Source of the DNA: an uncultured Candidatus Peribacteria bacterium
GTDB lineage: Bacteria; Patescibacteriota; Gracilibacteria; Peribacterales; Peribacteraceae
Direction of reading: 5' to 3'
Assembly (NCBI GenBank): GCA_964624905.1
Contig: CAZUYK010000003.1
Span: forward strand, 7,923-71,922
Length of the DNA: 64,000 nucleotides
Position numbers and translations under genes: made by a program
In this document: in pieces, positions 17,125 to 27,220 of the stretch
Numbering within the stretch: the first letter of the stretch is position 1
Layout of the letters: each line of letters begins with the position of its first letter
The notes under the pieces: model-generated
The model's database searches: none
What the model was told of the DNA's origin: nothing
Seen by the model: the letters and a program-made list of their open reading frames with translations, nothing else

Positions 17125-17781
17125 ATGTACATAACAGACCCTCTCCACTTCGTCCCGACATTCCTCTTTATTTTCGTGCTGTCCGTCGTGACGGCGCTCT
17201 TTGAGATCCAGATCGAGGGAGCGAACGGATGGGCAGAGAAATTGCCGACGTGGCGCTACGCACCGGCATGGATCCACCGTTACTTCAACCTGACGGAACT
17301 CACCGGATACCACGTGTACCTCACCTGCGTCCTCCTGTTGCTTTTCCATTTCCCGATCATCCTGACGGGATGGTCTCTGTACGCGGAGCTGACGGCGTTG
17401 TCCGGCTACTTCGCGTTCAACGTCATTTGGGATTTCCTCTGGTTCGTTTTGAACCCGGCGTACGGTTGGTGCCGTTATGAGAAAAACTCGATTTGGTGGT
17501 TCCAGAAATGGGTCGGAAGTTTCCCGTTGAATTATTACAGCGCCATGACCGTGAGCCTTCTGTTCGCGGTGATGCGCGGCCTCACGCCCGAGGCGGCCGG
17601 AAACGAACTCTTCGGATCCATGGCTATTCCTTTGCAGCACGCAATGGGCTGGCTGATCGGCATCTCTTTCAACATCGGGTTCATCACGTACATCATCCGC
17701 AGGCACGGCAAGTGCAAGCTGCCGAACATCCCGGACCACAGCATGTCCCCGATGATTACGATGCCGGCGCACGGAAAGTAA
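17125..17781 (+). CDS. multi-pass membrane protein, unknown function
   Basis: Start at MYITDPLHF, with about 6 TM helices. Confidence 0.6.
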   Translation: MYITDPLHFVPTFLFIFVLSVVTALFEIQIEGANGWAEKLPTWRYAPAWIHRYFNLTELTGYHVYLTCVLLLLFHFPIILTGWSLYAELTALSGYFAFNVIWDFLWFVLNPAYGWCRYEKNSIWWFQKWVGSFPLNYYSAMTVSLLFAVMRGLTPEAAGNELFGSMAIPLQHAMGWLIGISFNIGFITYIIRRHGKCKLPNIPDHSMSPMITMPAHGK

Positions 17782-18032
17782 GGATTGATTCAGGGAAGAA
17801 AGCCTGTAAGTCCTGGCGTTTTCATGCGTCTTCTATGGCGTATGAGAACTTCACGCGCACTCCACTGGCCCCATTTGCTCGCTCCGAAGGAAGAACAAAT
17901 CATGTTCCCCTTTCTCTGGATGGGAACAATCGCCCTGATGCTGACGACGCTGGCAATCTACGCCTACGCCGCCGTCACGGGATTCTGAAGCGATCGATTG
18001 TCTCGCGTATCGCCGGGCGCTAGCCTGTACGC

Positions 18033-19160
18033 ATGACACACGCACGCCTGTTTCTTGCATCCTTACTCACGCTCGCTTTCCTGCCGACGGCGCAAGCCCA
18101 GGTGGAGGACCCTACGAGTGATGATTTTTTCAAAGCGACGGTCGATGCAATCGTATCCGAACAAACGGACGAGGATCCCTCTTTCCCGCGCACGGTGCAA
18201 ACGGTGCGCTTCCGGTTGGAAAACGGCGAAACGTTCGTACTGGAGTACGACGTGCAGGGCGAGCATGCACCGAAGCTATCGATTGGTGAAACGGTTGTGG
18301 CGGAACGGCTGACGAAATCCGACGGATCCGTGGAATATTTCGTGAAGGAAAAATACCGCCTCACCGGCATCCTGTGGCTGCTCGCGATCTTCGCGGTCGC
18401 TGTCGTCGCGTTGGGCGGCAAGACGGGACTCAGTTCGATCGCCGGTCTCCTCGTGAGTATCGGCATCCTCGTCTTCTTCGTCATGCCGCGCATCATCGCG
18501 GGAGGCGACCCCCTCCTCGCCTGCTTCCTGGGATCCGTCGCCATCGCGTGCACGTCCCTGTACCTCGCCCACGGTTTCCGCAGGAGAACATCCGTGGCAT
18601 TGGCATCGACGCTCATCACGTTGACGGCGAGCCTGGCACTGTCCGTCATTTTCGTGACTGTCGCGAAATTATTCGGAATGGGAACGGAGGAAGCGATGTT
18701 CCTGCAATCCGGCCAACTGCAAGGAATTGACCTGAAAGGACTGTTACTGGGAGGCATCATCATCGGATGTCTCGGCGTGCTCGACGACATCACGACGGCC
18801 CAGACCGCCGCCGTGGACGAAATCCGCAAGGCGAACCCCTCGCTGACGAAATCCAAACTCCGCGCCGCAGGCCTGTCGGTGGGCAAGGAACATATCGCAT
18901 CCCTCATCAATACGCTCGCACTCGCCTACATCGGCACATCACTCCCCCTTTTGCTGCTCTTGCATTCGCAATCGAACCAAGCCTTTCCCGTCTGGGTGAC
19001 GTTGAACGGCGAATTCCTGGCGGAGGAAATCGTACGCACGCTGGTGGGAAGCATGACGCTGCTCATCGCGGTTCCCGTCTCGACCTGGATGGCTTCCTTA
19101 TTGCTGACCAAAGACACGCCCGATGACGGACGCGGACACCACCATGTCCATTCTCACTGA
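18033..19160 (+). CDS. YibE/F family membrane protein
   Basis: Signal peptide, then a soluble N-terminal domain, then the multi-TM YibE/F region (GVLDDITTAQTAAVDEI). Confidence 0.85.
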   Translation: MTHARLFLASLLTLAFLPTAQAQVEDPTSDDFFKATVDAIVSEQTDEDPSFPRTVQTVRFRLENGETFVLEYDVQGEHAPKLSIGETVVAERLTKSDGSVEYFVKEKYRLTGILWLLAIFAVAVVALGGKTGLSSIAGLLVSIGILVFFVMPRIIAGGDPLLACFLGSVAIACTSLYLAHGFRRRTSVALASTLITLTASLALSVIFVTVAKLFGMGTEEAMFLQSGQLQGIDLKGLLLGGIIIGCLGVLDDITTAQTAAVDEIRKANPSLTKSKLRAAGLSVGKEHIASLINTLALAYIGTSLPLLLLLHSQSNQAFPVWVTLNGEFLAEEIVRTLVGSMTLLIAVPVSTWMASLLLTKDTPDDGRGHHHVHSH

Positions 19161-20101
19161 GAAGCAGACGTTCTCCTGCGCCTCCAGTGCGATTCGTAGA
19201 CCAGCAGCGCCAACGAGGACGCGGCGAGCGGAATGACGTAGAACAGGATGCGGAACGCCAGCACCGCAGCGAACACCGTTTCGGGAGCGTAGAAGTTGCC
19301 GAGTAACAGGAGGACCATCGCGTCGAACACGCCGATGCCTCCGGGGATCTGCGCGGCGAACGTCACCACCTGCATGATGATGTACAAACCCAGGAACGCG
19401 GGCAGGGACAATGCATCGGAAGGCGGCAGGAGGAAATACAGGACCGACCCCGTCAGGATCACTTCCCCGCCGGACAGGAGGATTTGGGAAAAGGAAATCT
19501 TGAACGAAGGGACGTGCACCTCCCTTCCGAACACGCGGACATCCTGTCCGGCATGCAGCAACGACGTGGCCAGGTACGCCACTACCGGGATCAGAAGCAA
19601 CACACCGATCAGTTGGATCGTAGGCACGGGCAAGAAGATGAGGTGCGCCAACGTATCGGGCGCGATCAGCATCGTCACTCCCGAGATGAGGAAGAGGCAG
19701 AGGGTGAACGTCGTGAAACCGAATGCGATGATCTTCGCGATTTCCCCCGTATTCAACCCTGCGTCGGAATAGATGCGGTAGCGCACCGCCCCTCCGGTGA
19801 CGAGCGCGAGGCCGACGGCGTAGCTGAAAATGCTGGCGATGAGGGATGCGAAGAAGACCCGGGGGAAACTGACATCATGCTTGAAATACAACACGGCAAG
19901 CATGTCGTACGTGCCCATGATCGCGTAGATGCCCGCCGTGGAAAGAGCGGCATACAAGACGCGGCGAGGCGCGATGCTTTGGAACGACGCCCACACCTCG
20001 TTCATATCGTAGGTACGCACCATGTCGAACAGGACCCATGCCGCCACGGCGAAAATGGCGATACTGACGAACGACCCGATGAGGTGTTTGCGGGAAAGCA
20101 T
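19154..20101 (-). CDS. flippase-like / lysylphosphatidylglycerol-synthase TM-region family protein
   Basis: 315 aa with 8 TM helices and the PGGIGVFDA motif. It lies downstream of the GT2 gene. Confidence 0.8.
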   Translation of the reverse strand: MLSRKHLIGSFVSIAIFAVAAWVLFDMVRTYDMNEVWASFQSIAPRRVLYAALSTAGIYAIMGTYDMLAVLYFKHDVSFPRVFFASLIASIFSYAVGLALVTGGAVRYRIYSDAGLNTGEIAKIIAFGFTTFTLCLFLISGVTMLIAPDTLAHLIFLPVPTIQLIGVLLLIPVVAYLATSLLHAGQDVRVFGREVHVPSFKISFSQILLSGGEVILTGSVLYFLLPPSDALSLPAFLGLYIIMQVVTFAAQIPGGIGVFDAMVLLLLGNFYAPETVFAAVLAFRILFYVIPLAASSLALLVYESHWRRRRTSASQ

Positions 20102-20106
20102 GGGGA

Positions 20107-20823
20107 TTACCGACGGTGGTCAGCATACTCCTTCGTCACGGTTTTCTCGAAATACGCCTGCGTGAAGTAATTGATGGCGTACTTCGTGCCAGCGCGGACG
20201 AATCCTTCCGCCTTGAGCCTGCGTGCGGACGAATAGTTGAAGAAGCGAGTGTTCCATTTCACCTTGCCCACCTTGTGCAGGCGTCGCGCGATGTTCGTAT
20301 CGTCGCCGTAGAACGGGATGCTCGTGTCGAATCCCCCGATCTGCACCAATGCGTCGCGCTTCACCACGTGGTTCGCGCCGAGCGCGGCGAATTTCTTGTG
20401 CCAGTAGGCAGGCAGGGCACCGGCCATCCACCATGCGTAGACCATCGCGCTCTGGACCTTCGGGAGATCGTAGTATTTGAACGGCCCGCTGAGCGACACG
20501 ATCTCCGGGTCCTTGGCGAATTCATCCTTGATCATGGGAATCCATTCGTCGTGGATGCGGCTGTCGGCGTCGATGTAGGCGATGAGATGCCCCTTGGCTT
20601 CCTCGAATCCGCGGTGACGGGCGAAACCCGTTCCCTTGCGATGTTCGTGCACGACCTTCACGCCGGGATACGACGCGGCGACCTCCGCGGTTTTATCCTG
20701 GGAGGCATTATTCACCACTATGATTTCGATGACGTCGTCCGTCTTATGCCGAAGGACACTTTCGAGGCAGGCCCCGATGAATTGTTCCTCGTTATAAGCG
20801 GGAATGACGATACTGATGGTCAT
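20107..20823 (-). CDS. glycosyltransferase family 2
   Basis: MTISIVIPAYNEEQFIGACLESV and the DADS motif. Confidence 0.9.
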   Translation of the reverse strand: MTISIVIPAYNEEQFIGACLESVLRHKTDDVIEIIVVNNASQDKTAEVAASYPGVKVVHEHRKGTGFARHRGFEEAKGHLIAYIDADSRIHDEWIPMIKDEFAKDPEIVSLSGPFKYYDLPKVQSAMVYAWWMAGALPAYWHKKFAALGANHVVKRDALVQIGGFDTSIPFYGDDTNIARRLHKVGKVKWNTRFFNYSSARRLKAEGFVRAGTKYAINYFTQAYFEKTVTKEYADHRR

Positions 20824-20920
20824 AGGGTTGGGACCGATCCATTTTACTTGTCTTGTGTTCGGCGGGCAATCAGAATAGGCTTGATGTGGATAGGCTCACT
20901 TTCGCCAATAAAGCCTTTTT

Positions 20921-21724
20921 ATGCGTTCCATTGCCCACATTTCCGATCTGCACTTCGGCCGCGAGGATCCGGAGATCGCTGAAGCGTTGCTGAAGGATCT
21001 GCAATCGTTCCAACCGTCGCTTGTGATCGTGAGCGGGGACCTGACGCAACGCGCGAGCAAAGTGCAGTTCAAGGCGGCCGCATCCTATTTGAAACGCATC
21101 CCCTTCCCTTTGTTCATCGTACCGGGCAACCATGATATCCCCCTGTACAACGTCCTCAGGAGATTCATCAGCCCCCTACGCCAGTATAAGAAGCATATTT
21201 CCCCCGACGTCGGCCCCCTGTTCAACGACGGGAAGATCGCTGTGGTGGGAATCAACACCGCGAAGTCCCTCGCGATCAAGAACGGGCGCATTTCCAAAAA
21301 ACAAATCGGCATCCTGACCGAGAGCATTTCGACGATTGAAAAATCGATCTTCACCATCGTCGTCACGCATCATCCGCTCATCACCCCGCACGCGAAGCGC
21401 ATGCAAAAATTCGTCATCCGGTCGAACATGGCGCTCAACGCCCTGGACGAAAGCGGCGTCGATCTGCTTCTTTCGGGCCACAAGCACAAAACGTACCACG
21501 GCGACATCCGCGATCTGCGCCCCACCACCAAGTGTTCGATGATCCTCGCGCAGGCAGGCACGGCGATATCTGAACGCAGGCGCAACGAACCCAACGCCTA
21601 CAACGTCATCAAGGTGAAGAAGTCGACGGTACAGGTGATCGTGAGATCGTTCGACGATGGCACATTCCGCACCATCGCGGAAACGACGTACGTGAGAAAG
21701 GACAACAAGTGGATGACGGCCTGA
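20921..21724 (+). CDS. metallophosphoesterase
   Basis: IAHISDLHFG, VSGDLT, GNHD and GHKH motifs. Confidence 0.9.
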   Translation: MRSIAHISDLHFGREDPEIAEALLKDLQSFQPSLVIVSGDLTQRASKVQFKAAASYLKRIPFPLFIVPGNHDIPLYNVLRRFISPLRQYKKHISPDVGPLFNDGKIAVVGINTAKSLAIKNGRISKKQIGILTESISTIEKSIFTIVVTHHPLITPHAKRMQKFVIRSNMALNALDESGVDLLLSGHKHKTYHGDIRDLRPTTKCSMILAQAGTAISERRRNEPNAYNVIKVKKSTVQVIVRSFDDGTFRTIAETTYVRKDNKWMTA

Positions 21725-21790
21725 GAATTCCTGGCGAAAAACAGATCAATCGTATGAAATAGGAGTTACCTCGGAGTACAATCCGTACCA

Positions 21791-23896
21791 ATGGACGCGC
21801 TTCTCTCCTATCTTCCGGATTTCCAAACGATCGCGTCCCTCGGGTACTGGCTCGTATTCATCGCGGTCCTCGGCGAATCGATCGCATTCCTCGGGTTTTT
21901 CGTCCCGGGATCCATTATCGTCGTCATTTCGGGCGGCATGGCCGCGCAAGGGGTCTACGATCTTCGCACCCTGTTTTACGTGGTCGTCGCAGCGGCGCTC
22001 ACCGGAAACACCATCAGTTATTTGCTGGGAAGGCACGGCAAGAAAATCCTCCGGAAATATCCTTCGCTCTGGAAGCATCTGGAAAAGGGGCAATCGTTCT
22101 TCAAGCGCCACGGCGGCAAGAGCATCTTCCTGGGACACTTCCTCGGCCCGCTGAGACACTTGATCCCGATGGTCGCGGGATTGGCAGAAATGCCGGTTTT
22201 GCCGTTCCAACTGGTGAACATCGTGAGCATCTTCGCGTGGAGCGCGGCGCATATCGCAGTGGGATTCTTGTTCGGGGGACTTTGGGACATCGCGCTACTG
22301 TGGCTCTCGCGCTTCGGCATCGCGATTGTACTGGTTATCGCGGTCATCGCGCTCTTCGCATGGACATGGGAATGGGTATTGAAAAAAGGAAAGGAATCCG
22401 TGCGTCTTCTGCACTCCCTCTTTGAATCCGTGACGGAAATCATAGGACGCCAACCCAATGTGAAGAAATTCCTTGTAAAACACGAAACATCAGTTTCTTT
22501 TATTGCGGCCCGTTTCTCACGGCAAAGTTTCTTCGGACTTCCTTTTACCCTGCTGGCAATCGTCAGTATCTATGGACTTGGTCTCCTTACCGATTTCGTG
22601 CGCGAAATCACCTTCCCCTCTTCCTTCTCGGCGCTGGACGAGCGCATCGCCCACCTGCTCTTCGATTTCCGCCATCCTCTTGTTGCGAACTTCTTCTATT
22701 TCATCACGCTTTTCGCCCAGACCGGAGTGATCATCGCGGTCATGTTCTTTCTCACCCTTCTCCTATGGCAGAAGAGGCACGCCATCTTCGCGTTCGGTTT
22801 GTGGCTGACGCTGTTCCTCAGCGAACTCCTCACCCAGGGCGGCAAAATCCTGTTCCAACGCCTGCGGCCGGAGGAACTGCTCCGCGCGATAAGCGAGGAT
22901 TCCTTCTCGTTCCCCAGCATGCACGCCGCCACGGCGGCCGCGTTCACCGGTTACATCGCGTACATGGTGGTGCGCACGTCGCACTCCTGGACGCTGAAAG
23001 TGGGCGCGGTGTTCACGTCGGTCATCGCGATCTTCCTCATCGACCTGAGCCGCATGTACCTGGGCCTTCATTACCTCAGCGACGTCGTCGCCGGCGACCT
23101 TGTGGGGCTCCTCTGCGTCGCCATCGTCATCAGCATTACCGAGTGGCTGCTCGGCAGGGAACAAGAAAATATACCAGTGCTTCCCATGAAGGTGCTGCAG
23201 CGAACGGCTATCTTCCAGATAGTGGTGGTCGTGTGCCTTTTCTTCCTGGTCCCCTCCCCGCTCCTGCAGCAAAGCCCTCCGCCTCCCGAACGCATCAGCG
23301 TTGCCGAAATGCAAAACCTGTTCAAGGACGGCGTCCTTCCGCGCACGACGCAGACGCTGGCGGGAGCAGAGCGACAGCCGTTGAACGTGCTGTTCCTGGG
23401 ATCCAGGAAATGCGTTCTGGCAAACCTGAAGCGGGCAGGATGGGTCCGCTCGGACGATATTTCCGTCTCTGCCACATTCCGACTTCTCCGTTCCGTGATG
23501 TTGGGGGAAGCGTATGCATCGGCGCCGTTCGCCCCTGCGTTTTATAACTCCGCACCCCATACTTTCGGATTCGCCCGCGTCCTTAGCGAAAACGAGCTAC
23601 GCCCGCATCTCCACCTAAGGATGTGGGAAACGGACTACGATACGAACTACGGCCGGCTCTTCGTCGCGACCGTGAGCTACGATACACGCACCCGCTGGGG
23701 CATCAGCCATTCTATCGATCCCGCCATAGACACCCAACGCAATAACGTCCTGCGCGACCTCCTGCGCGTTGGCGCGGTTTCGGTTTACCAAATCCTGCCG
23801 TTCACCCCTCGCATCCCGGACAATGCGGAAGCAGGGACGCCTTATAAGACGGACGGAAAAACCGTTCTTATTTTCTTGAACGGTTGTTCCTCCTGA
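21791..23896 (+). CDS. DedA (VTT) + PAP2 phosphatase + LssY-like C-terminal domain fusion protein
   Basis: 701 aa. The N-terminal DedA pattern is FFVPGSIIV..GKSIFLGHFLGPLR. PAP2 motifs are KILFQRLRP, SFPSMH and GLHYLSDV. The C-terminal soluble region resembles LssY_C. Confidence 0.75.
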   Translation: MDALLSYLPDFQTIASLGYWLVFIAVLGESIAFLGFFVPGSIIVVISGGMAAQGVYDLRTLFYVVVAAALTGNTISYLLGRHGKKILRKYPSLWKHLEKGQSFFKRHGGKSIFLGHFLGPLRHLIPMVAGLAEMPVLPFQLVNIVSIFAWSAAHIAVGFLFGGLWDIALLWLSRFGIAIVLVIAVIALFAWTWEWVLKKGKESVRLLHSLFESVTEIIGRQPNVKKFLVKHETSVSFIAARFSRQSFFGLPFTLLAIVSIYGLGLLTDFVREITFPSSFSALDERIAHLLFDFRHPLVANFFYFITLFAQTGVIIAVMFFLTLLLWQKRHAIFAFGLWLTLFLSELLTQGGKILFQRLRPEELLRAISEDSFSFPSMHAATAAAFTGYIAYMVVRTSHSWTLKVGAVFTSVIAIFLIDLSRMYLGLHYLSDVVAGDLVGLLCVAIVISITEWLLGREQENIPVLPMKVLQRTAIFQIVVVVCLFFLVPSPLLQQSPPPPERISVAEMQNLFKDGVLPRTTQTLAGAERQPLNVLFLGSRKCVLANLKRAGWVRSDDISVSATFRLLRSVMLGEAYASAPFAPAFYNSAPHTFGFARVLSENELRPHLHLRMWETDYDTNYGRLFVATVSYDTRTRWGISHSIDPAIDTQRNNVLRDLLRVGAVSVYQILPFTPRIPDNAEAGTPYKTDGKTVLIFLNGCSS

Positions 23897-23901
23897 TACC
23901 T

Positions 23902-25704
23902 ATGGCTTCCCTCATTGCCACCTTGTTCCTCGCGGGTGTCCTGACCATCCTGCTCCCGTGCATCCTCCCGCTCATCCCCATCGTGCTCGGGGTCAGCATC
24001 GCGGACCGCGACAAGATCCGTCCGCTCGCGATCGTCGCGGGAATGACCGTGAGCTTCGTCGGTTTCACCTTCGTCCTGCAGGTGTTCCTGAACCAGTTCG
24101 CGGAACTTGCCGATTACCTGCGCATCGCGACCTATTACGTCCTGCTGCTCTTCGGATTCGGGTTCTTCTTTGAAAAACGCGCACCGCGTTTCGCGGGTGC
24201 GGTCATCGGAAGCCTGTTCTTCCTGGGTAAGGGATGGACCGCAGTGGCATGCGCCGCGATCCTGGGATGCGTCGCGACGGAAATCGGCGGCACGGTCGCA
24301 TCGAGGATCCAACAGCTTGGAGCGGACATCCAGCAAACGACCCGGACAAAATTGGGATCACACGCGTTCCTGAGCCCGTTCCTCATGGGACTCACGCTCG
24401 GACTGGTATGGGTGCCCTGCGCCGGTCCCGCCCTCGGTTTCGCGCTCGCGCTCGTGCGCGAACAGCCGGGCATCACCGCACTCTTCCTTCTCGGCGTCTA
24501 CGCGTTGGGCTCCGCGATCCCGTTGCTGCTCATCGGATACGGCGGACAGGCGGCTGTGCATTCGGTCCGCGTCCTGAGCAAGTACAGCGAGACTGTAAAG
24601 AAGATATCGGGCGTGCTGCTGATCCTCTCCGCGATCGGATTCCAATTGAACTTCTTCACCGACTTGCAGACGTGGATTGCCGGCAACACCGGCTACGGCG
24701 CGTTCGCGAACAGGTTGGAGGAATCCTTCTTCGGCGGCGCCCCGACGAACGAGGAATCTCCGCGGGACGGCGCGCTGCCGATCCTGGGACGGGCGCCCTT
24801 CTCGTTCGTGAACCCGGGAACGTGGCACAATACCGAACCGCTGAAGCTGGAGGATCTGCGCGGCAAGGTAGTGCTGATCGATTTCTGGACGTATAGCTGC
24901 ATCAATTGCATTCGCACGTTGCCGCACATCCAAGGGTACTGGGAGAAATATAAAGATTCCCCCTTCGTCTTGGTCGGCGTGCATACGCCGGAGTTCGTCT
25001 TCGAGAAAAACGATGCGAACGTCGCCGCGGCGATCAAGAAGTACGGCCTGACGTATCCCGTCGTGCAGGACAATGACTTCGGAACGTGGAATGCGTTTCG
25101 CAACCGGTACTGGCCGGCAAAATATCTCATCGATACGGAAGGAAACGTACGCTACGTGCACTTCGGCGAAGGAGGATACGACGAAACCGATGCCGCGATC
25201 GCGGCACTGCTGAAGGAAATCGGCGTGGAGATGCCATCTTCTCTGTCGTCTATTTCTTCTATCGATTCTATTCCCTCCGATACCGGACCCGTCACGCCCG
25301 AAACGTACCTGCACTCCCGAAGCTGGCAGAGTTTCGGCAACAGGAAGGGCGGACCGACCGCCGTGCAGACGGATTACGTCCTGCCCGAGAAGATGGAAAC
25401 GGATTCGTACTACCTGGGCGGAACGTGGCAGTTGGTCGACGACGAACGCCAGGTTTTGCGCAGCGACAAGGGCTCCGTTGGAATCCGCGCCCTGGCCGGA
25501 GAAGTGAACCTGGTGCTGGGACCGGAAACGGAAGGAACGTCCGTAAACGCGGACGTGTTCGTGGACGGGGAGAAAACGAAGACGCTGACGATCGACCATC
25601 ACGATCTCTACGAACTCTACAAAGGAGAGTACGGCGAACACGACGTCGTAGTGACGTTCGCGAAAAAAGGGATTGCGGGATACGCCTATACGTTTGGTCG
25701 TTGA
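23902..25704 (+). CDS. dipZ: DipZ-type protein: CcdA/DsbD membrane domain + thioredoxin-like domain
   Basis: The CcdA-like TM core has LPCILPLIP and VPCAGP. The redoxin domain has WTYSCINCIRTLPH. Start set at the ATG at 23902. Confidence 0.85.
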   Translation: MASLIATLFLAGVLTILLPCILPLIPIVLGVSIADRDKIRPLAIVAGMTVSFVGFTFVLQVFLNQFAELADYLRIATYYVLLLFGFGFFFEKRAPRFAGAVIGSLFFLGKGWTAVACAAILGCVATEIGGTVASRIQQLGADIQQTTRTKLGSHAFLSPFLMGLTLGLVWVPCAGPALGFALALVREQPGITALFLLGVYALGSAIPLLLIGYGGQAAVHSVRVLSKYSETVKKISGVLLILSAIGFQLNFFTDLQTWIAGNTGYGAFANRLEESFFGGAPTNEESPRDGALPILGRAPFSFVNPGTWHNTEPLKLEDLRGKVVLIDFWTYSCINCIRTLPHIQGYWEKYKDSPFVLVGVHTPEFVFEKNDANVAAAIKKYGLTYPVVQDNDFGTWNAFRNRYWPAKYLIDTEGNVRYVHFGEGGYDETDAAIAALLKEIGVEMPSSLSSISSIDSIPSDTGPVTPETYLHSRSWQSFGNRKGGPTAVQTDYVLPEKMETDSYYLGGTWQLVDDERQVLRSDKGSVGIRALAGEVNLVLGPETEGTSVNADVFVDGEKTKTLTIDHHDLYELYKGEYGEHDVVVTFAKKGIAGYAYTFGR

Positions 25705-25734
25705 TTGCCTGCATGTAAAGGAGGGATTACTCTT

Positions 25735-26082
25735 ATGTCTCCATCCTTTTCCCATTTTCCCATGAAGAACAAAATCATTTCCCTGGCACTCGCCGCATCG
25801 CTGCTGGCACCGATGGCCGCATTCGCCGACAGCGACGACAATGAAACGGAGGCACTGCTCAAGGCCAAGCGCGAGGAAATCCGCATGATCCTGCGCGACA
25901 AGAAAAAGGAAGTGAAGCAGTTCCGCAAGGACATCAAGGTCAGCCGCCGCACGTTGAAGCAGCAGTTGGACGACCTGAGGGACGAGACGAAGCGTATCCG
26001 CCGATCCAAGCATTCATCCTCGTCGTCCTCCTCTTCCTCGAGCACGTCATCGGCCTCCACGAGCAGCGCTTCGTCGAATTAA
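25735..26082 (+). CDS. small exported coiled-coil protein with poly-Ser tail
   Basis: AAAGGAGGG lies 9 nt before the ATG at 25735. Signal peptide ...APMAAFA, and a tail of Ser/Thr/Ala. Confidence 0.6.
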   Translation: MSPSFSHFPMKNKIISLALAASLLAPMAAFADSDDNETEALLKAKREEIRMILRDKKKEVKQFRKDIKVSRRTLKQQLDDLRDETKRIRRSKHSSSSSSSSSSTSSASTSSASSN

Positions 26083-26101
26083 CACGGATTCCCGACGTAC
26101 G

Positions 26102-26128
26102 AAAAACCCCGGAACGCCGGGGTTTTTT
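26102..26128. terminator. bidirectional rho-independent terminator
   Basis: AAAAACCCCGG-aacg-CCGGGGTTTTTT. Confidence 0.75.
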
Positions 26129-26759
26129 ACATGCTTTTTTTACGCTTCCAGTAGTGCCAGCCGAGGAGTGCGACGACTCCCGCGACAATCACGATCTGCA
26201 GCACCTTCTCGGCGGAATCAAGCCCCGACATCAGCGACTCCGCAGCGTTCAGGCCCGTGTAGCCGATGAGCATGAAGCATAGGTTTCTGATGTAGAAGCC
26301 GACGAACGTGGCGATAAAGAATGTGAACAGGTTGATTTTCAGGATTCCGCACAGCAAGGACACCGGCGTGGACGGCATGACCGGGATGGCCCGGATGAAC
26401 GCAAGGATGAAATCGTCCTTGCGCGTGCCCGTGAATTTCTTGCCGAAGTATTCCAGCTCCGCATGCGACACTCCGATGTACTTTCCGAAGCGCGGCACCG
26501 CGAGATCTTCCAGCTTGTCGCCGATGAAGTAGAAGATGTACGCACTGAGGGTCTTCGTAAACGTTGCAAGGAGGCAAATGAAAAGCAGGTACGGGATACC
26601 GAGCTGCTGCGTGGCAGTGATGCTGCCGGAAAGCGTGGAAACGAGAGGCGACGGGATGGGTGCAATGATCTCTTCCACCACTCCCCCGACCATGACGAAC
26701 ACGGGAAGAGGGACAATCTCGGCAATGCCTTTAAGCCATTCGATAACGGATGCGAACAT
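26127..26759 (-). CDS. DedA/VTT family membrane protein
   Basis: Start at MFASVIEWLKG. Pattern EEIIAPIPSPLV...RAIPVMPSTPVS. Confidence 0.7.
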   Translation of the reverse strand: MFASVIEWLKGIAEIVPLPVFVMVGGVVEEIIAPIPSPLVSTLSGSITATQQLGIPYLLFICLLATFTKTLSAYIFYFIGDKLEDLAVPRFGKYIGVSHAELEYFGKKFTGTRKDDFILAFIRAIPVMPSTPVSLLCGILKINLFTFFIATFVGFYIRNLCFMLIGYTGLNAAESLMSGLDSAEKVLQIVIVAGVVALLGWHYWKRKKSM

Positions 26760-26836
26760 GCGCCCATGGTAGCTCAAACTTCGCGCCATTGCTGGAAAAA
26801 TTGCGATTACGTCCTGAAGAGATTATGATTTGTCCC

Positions 26837-27139
26837 ATGAAACGCACATTCGCCATCGGCTACGCCTGCCTCCTACTGGCGGCATGCTCCTCGAACACCG
26901 CGAGCATCTTGGACGCGACGCTGGAAAACCCTTCGGGCTTCACCGGCGTGGAAACGATGAACGCGTGCGCGATTGCCTCGGGGGATTGCTTTGCGTTGGA
27001 GGTGGAAAGCGATGGGAAGGGCATCACGCGGATCCATTACCCCACGGATATCTGGGTGGACACCACGGACTCGGGCTGCAGCAACGGATACTGCTGGGCG
27101 ACGGACGCGAACGGCGGGGAATGGAAGATGGAACCTTGA
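26837..27139 (+). CDS. small lipoprotein, 6 further Cys after the lipobox Cys
   Basis: MKRTFAIGYACLLLAAC contains the lipobox. Confidence 0.55.
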   Translation: MKRTFAIGYACLLLAACSSNTASILDATLENPSGFTGVETMNACAIASGDCFALEVESDGKGITRIHYPTDIWVDTTDSGCSNGYCWATDANGGEWKMEP

Positions 27140-27220
27140 TATTCGCTTGTTACTTTTTGACTCCCGCCTCGTATAACCTTATGCAGCTCACAGAGACTGC
27201 CGTCTTTCCTTCCCTTTCCC

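Noticed and set aside
17902-17988. 28-codon hydrophobic mini-ORF (MFPFLWMGTIALMLTTLAIYAYAAVTGF) after the 17125..17781 membrane-protein gene.
   Set aside because: It is plausible as a small membrane peptide, but it has no SD or promoter signal and is too short to support from sequence alone.
24358-26013. 551-aa minus-strand ORF.
   Set aside because: It is antisense to the DipZ gene and the following exported-protein gene. It has no motifs and a shadow-ORF composition.
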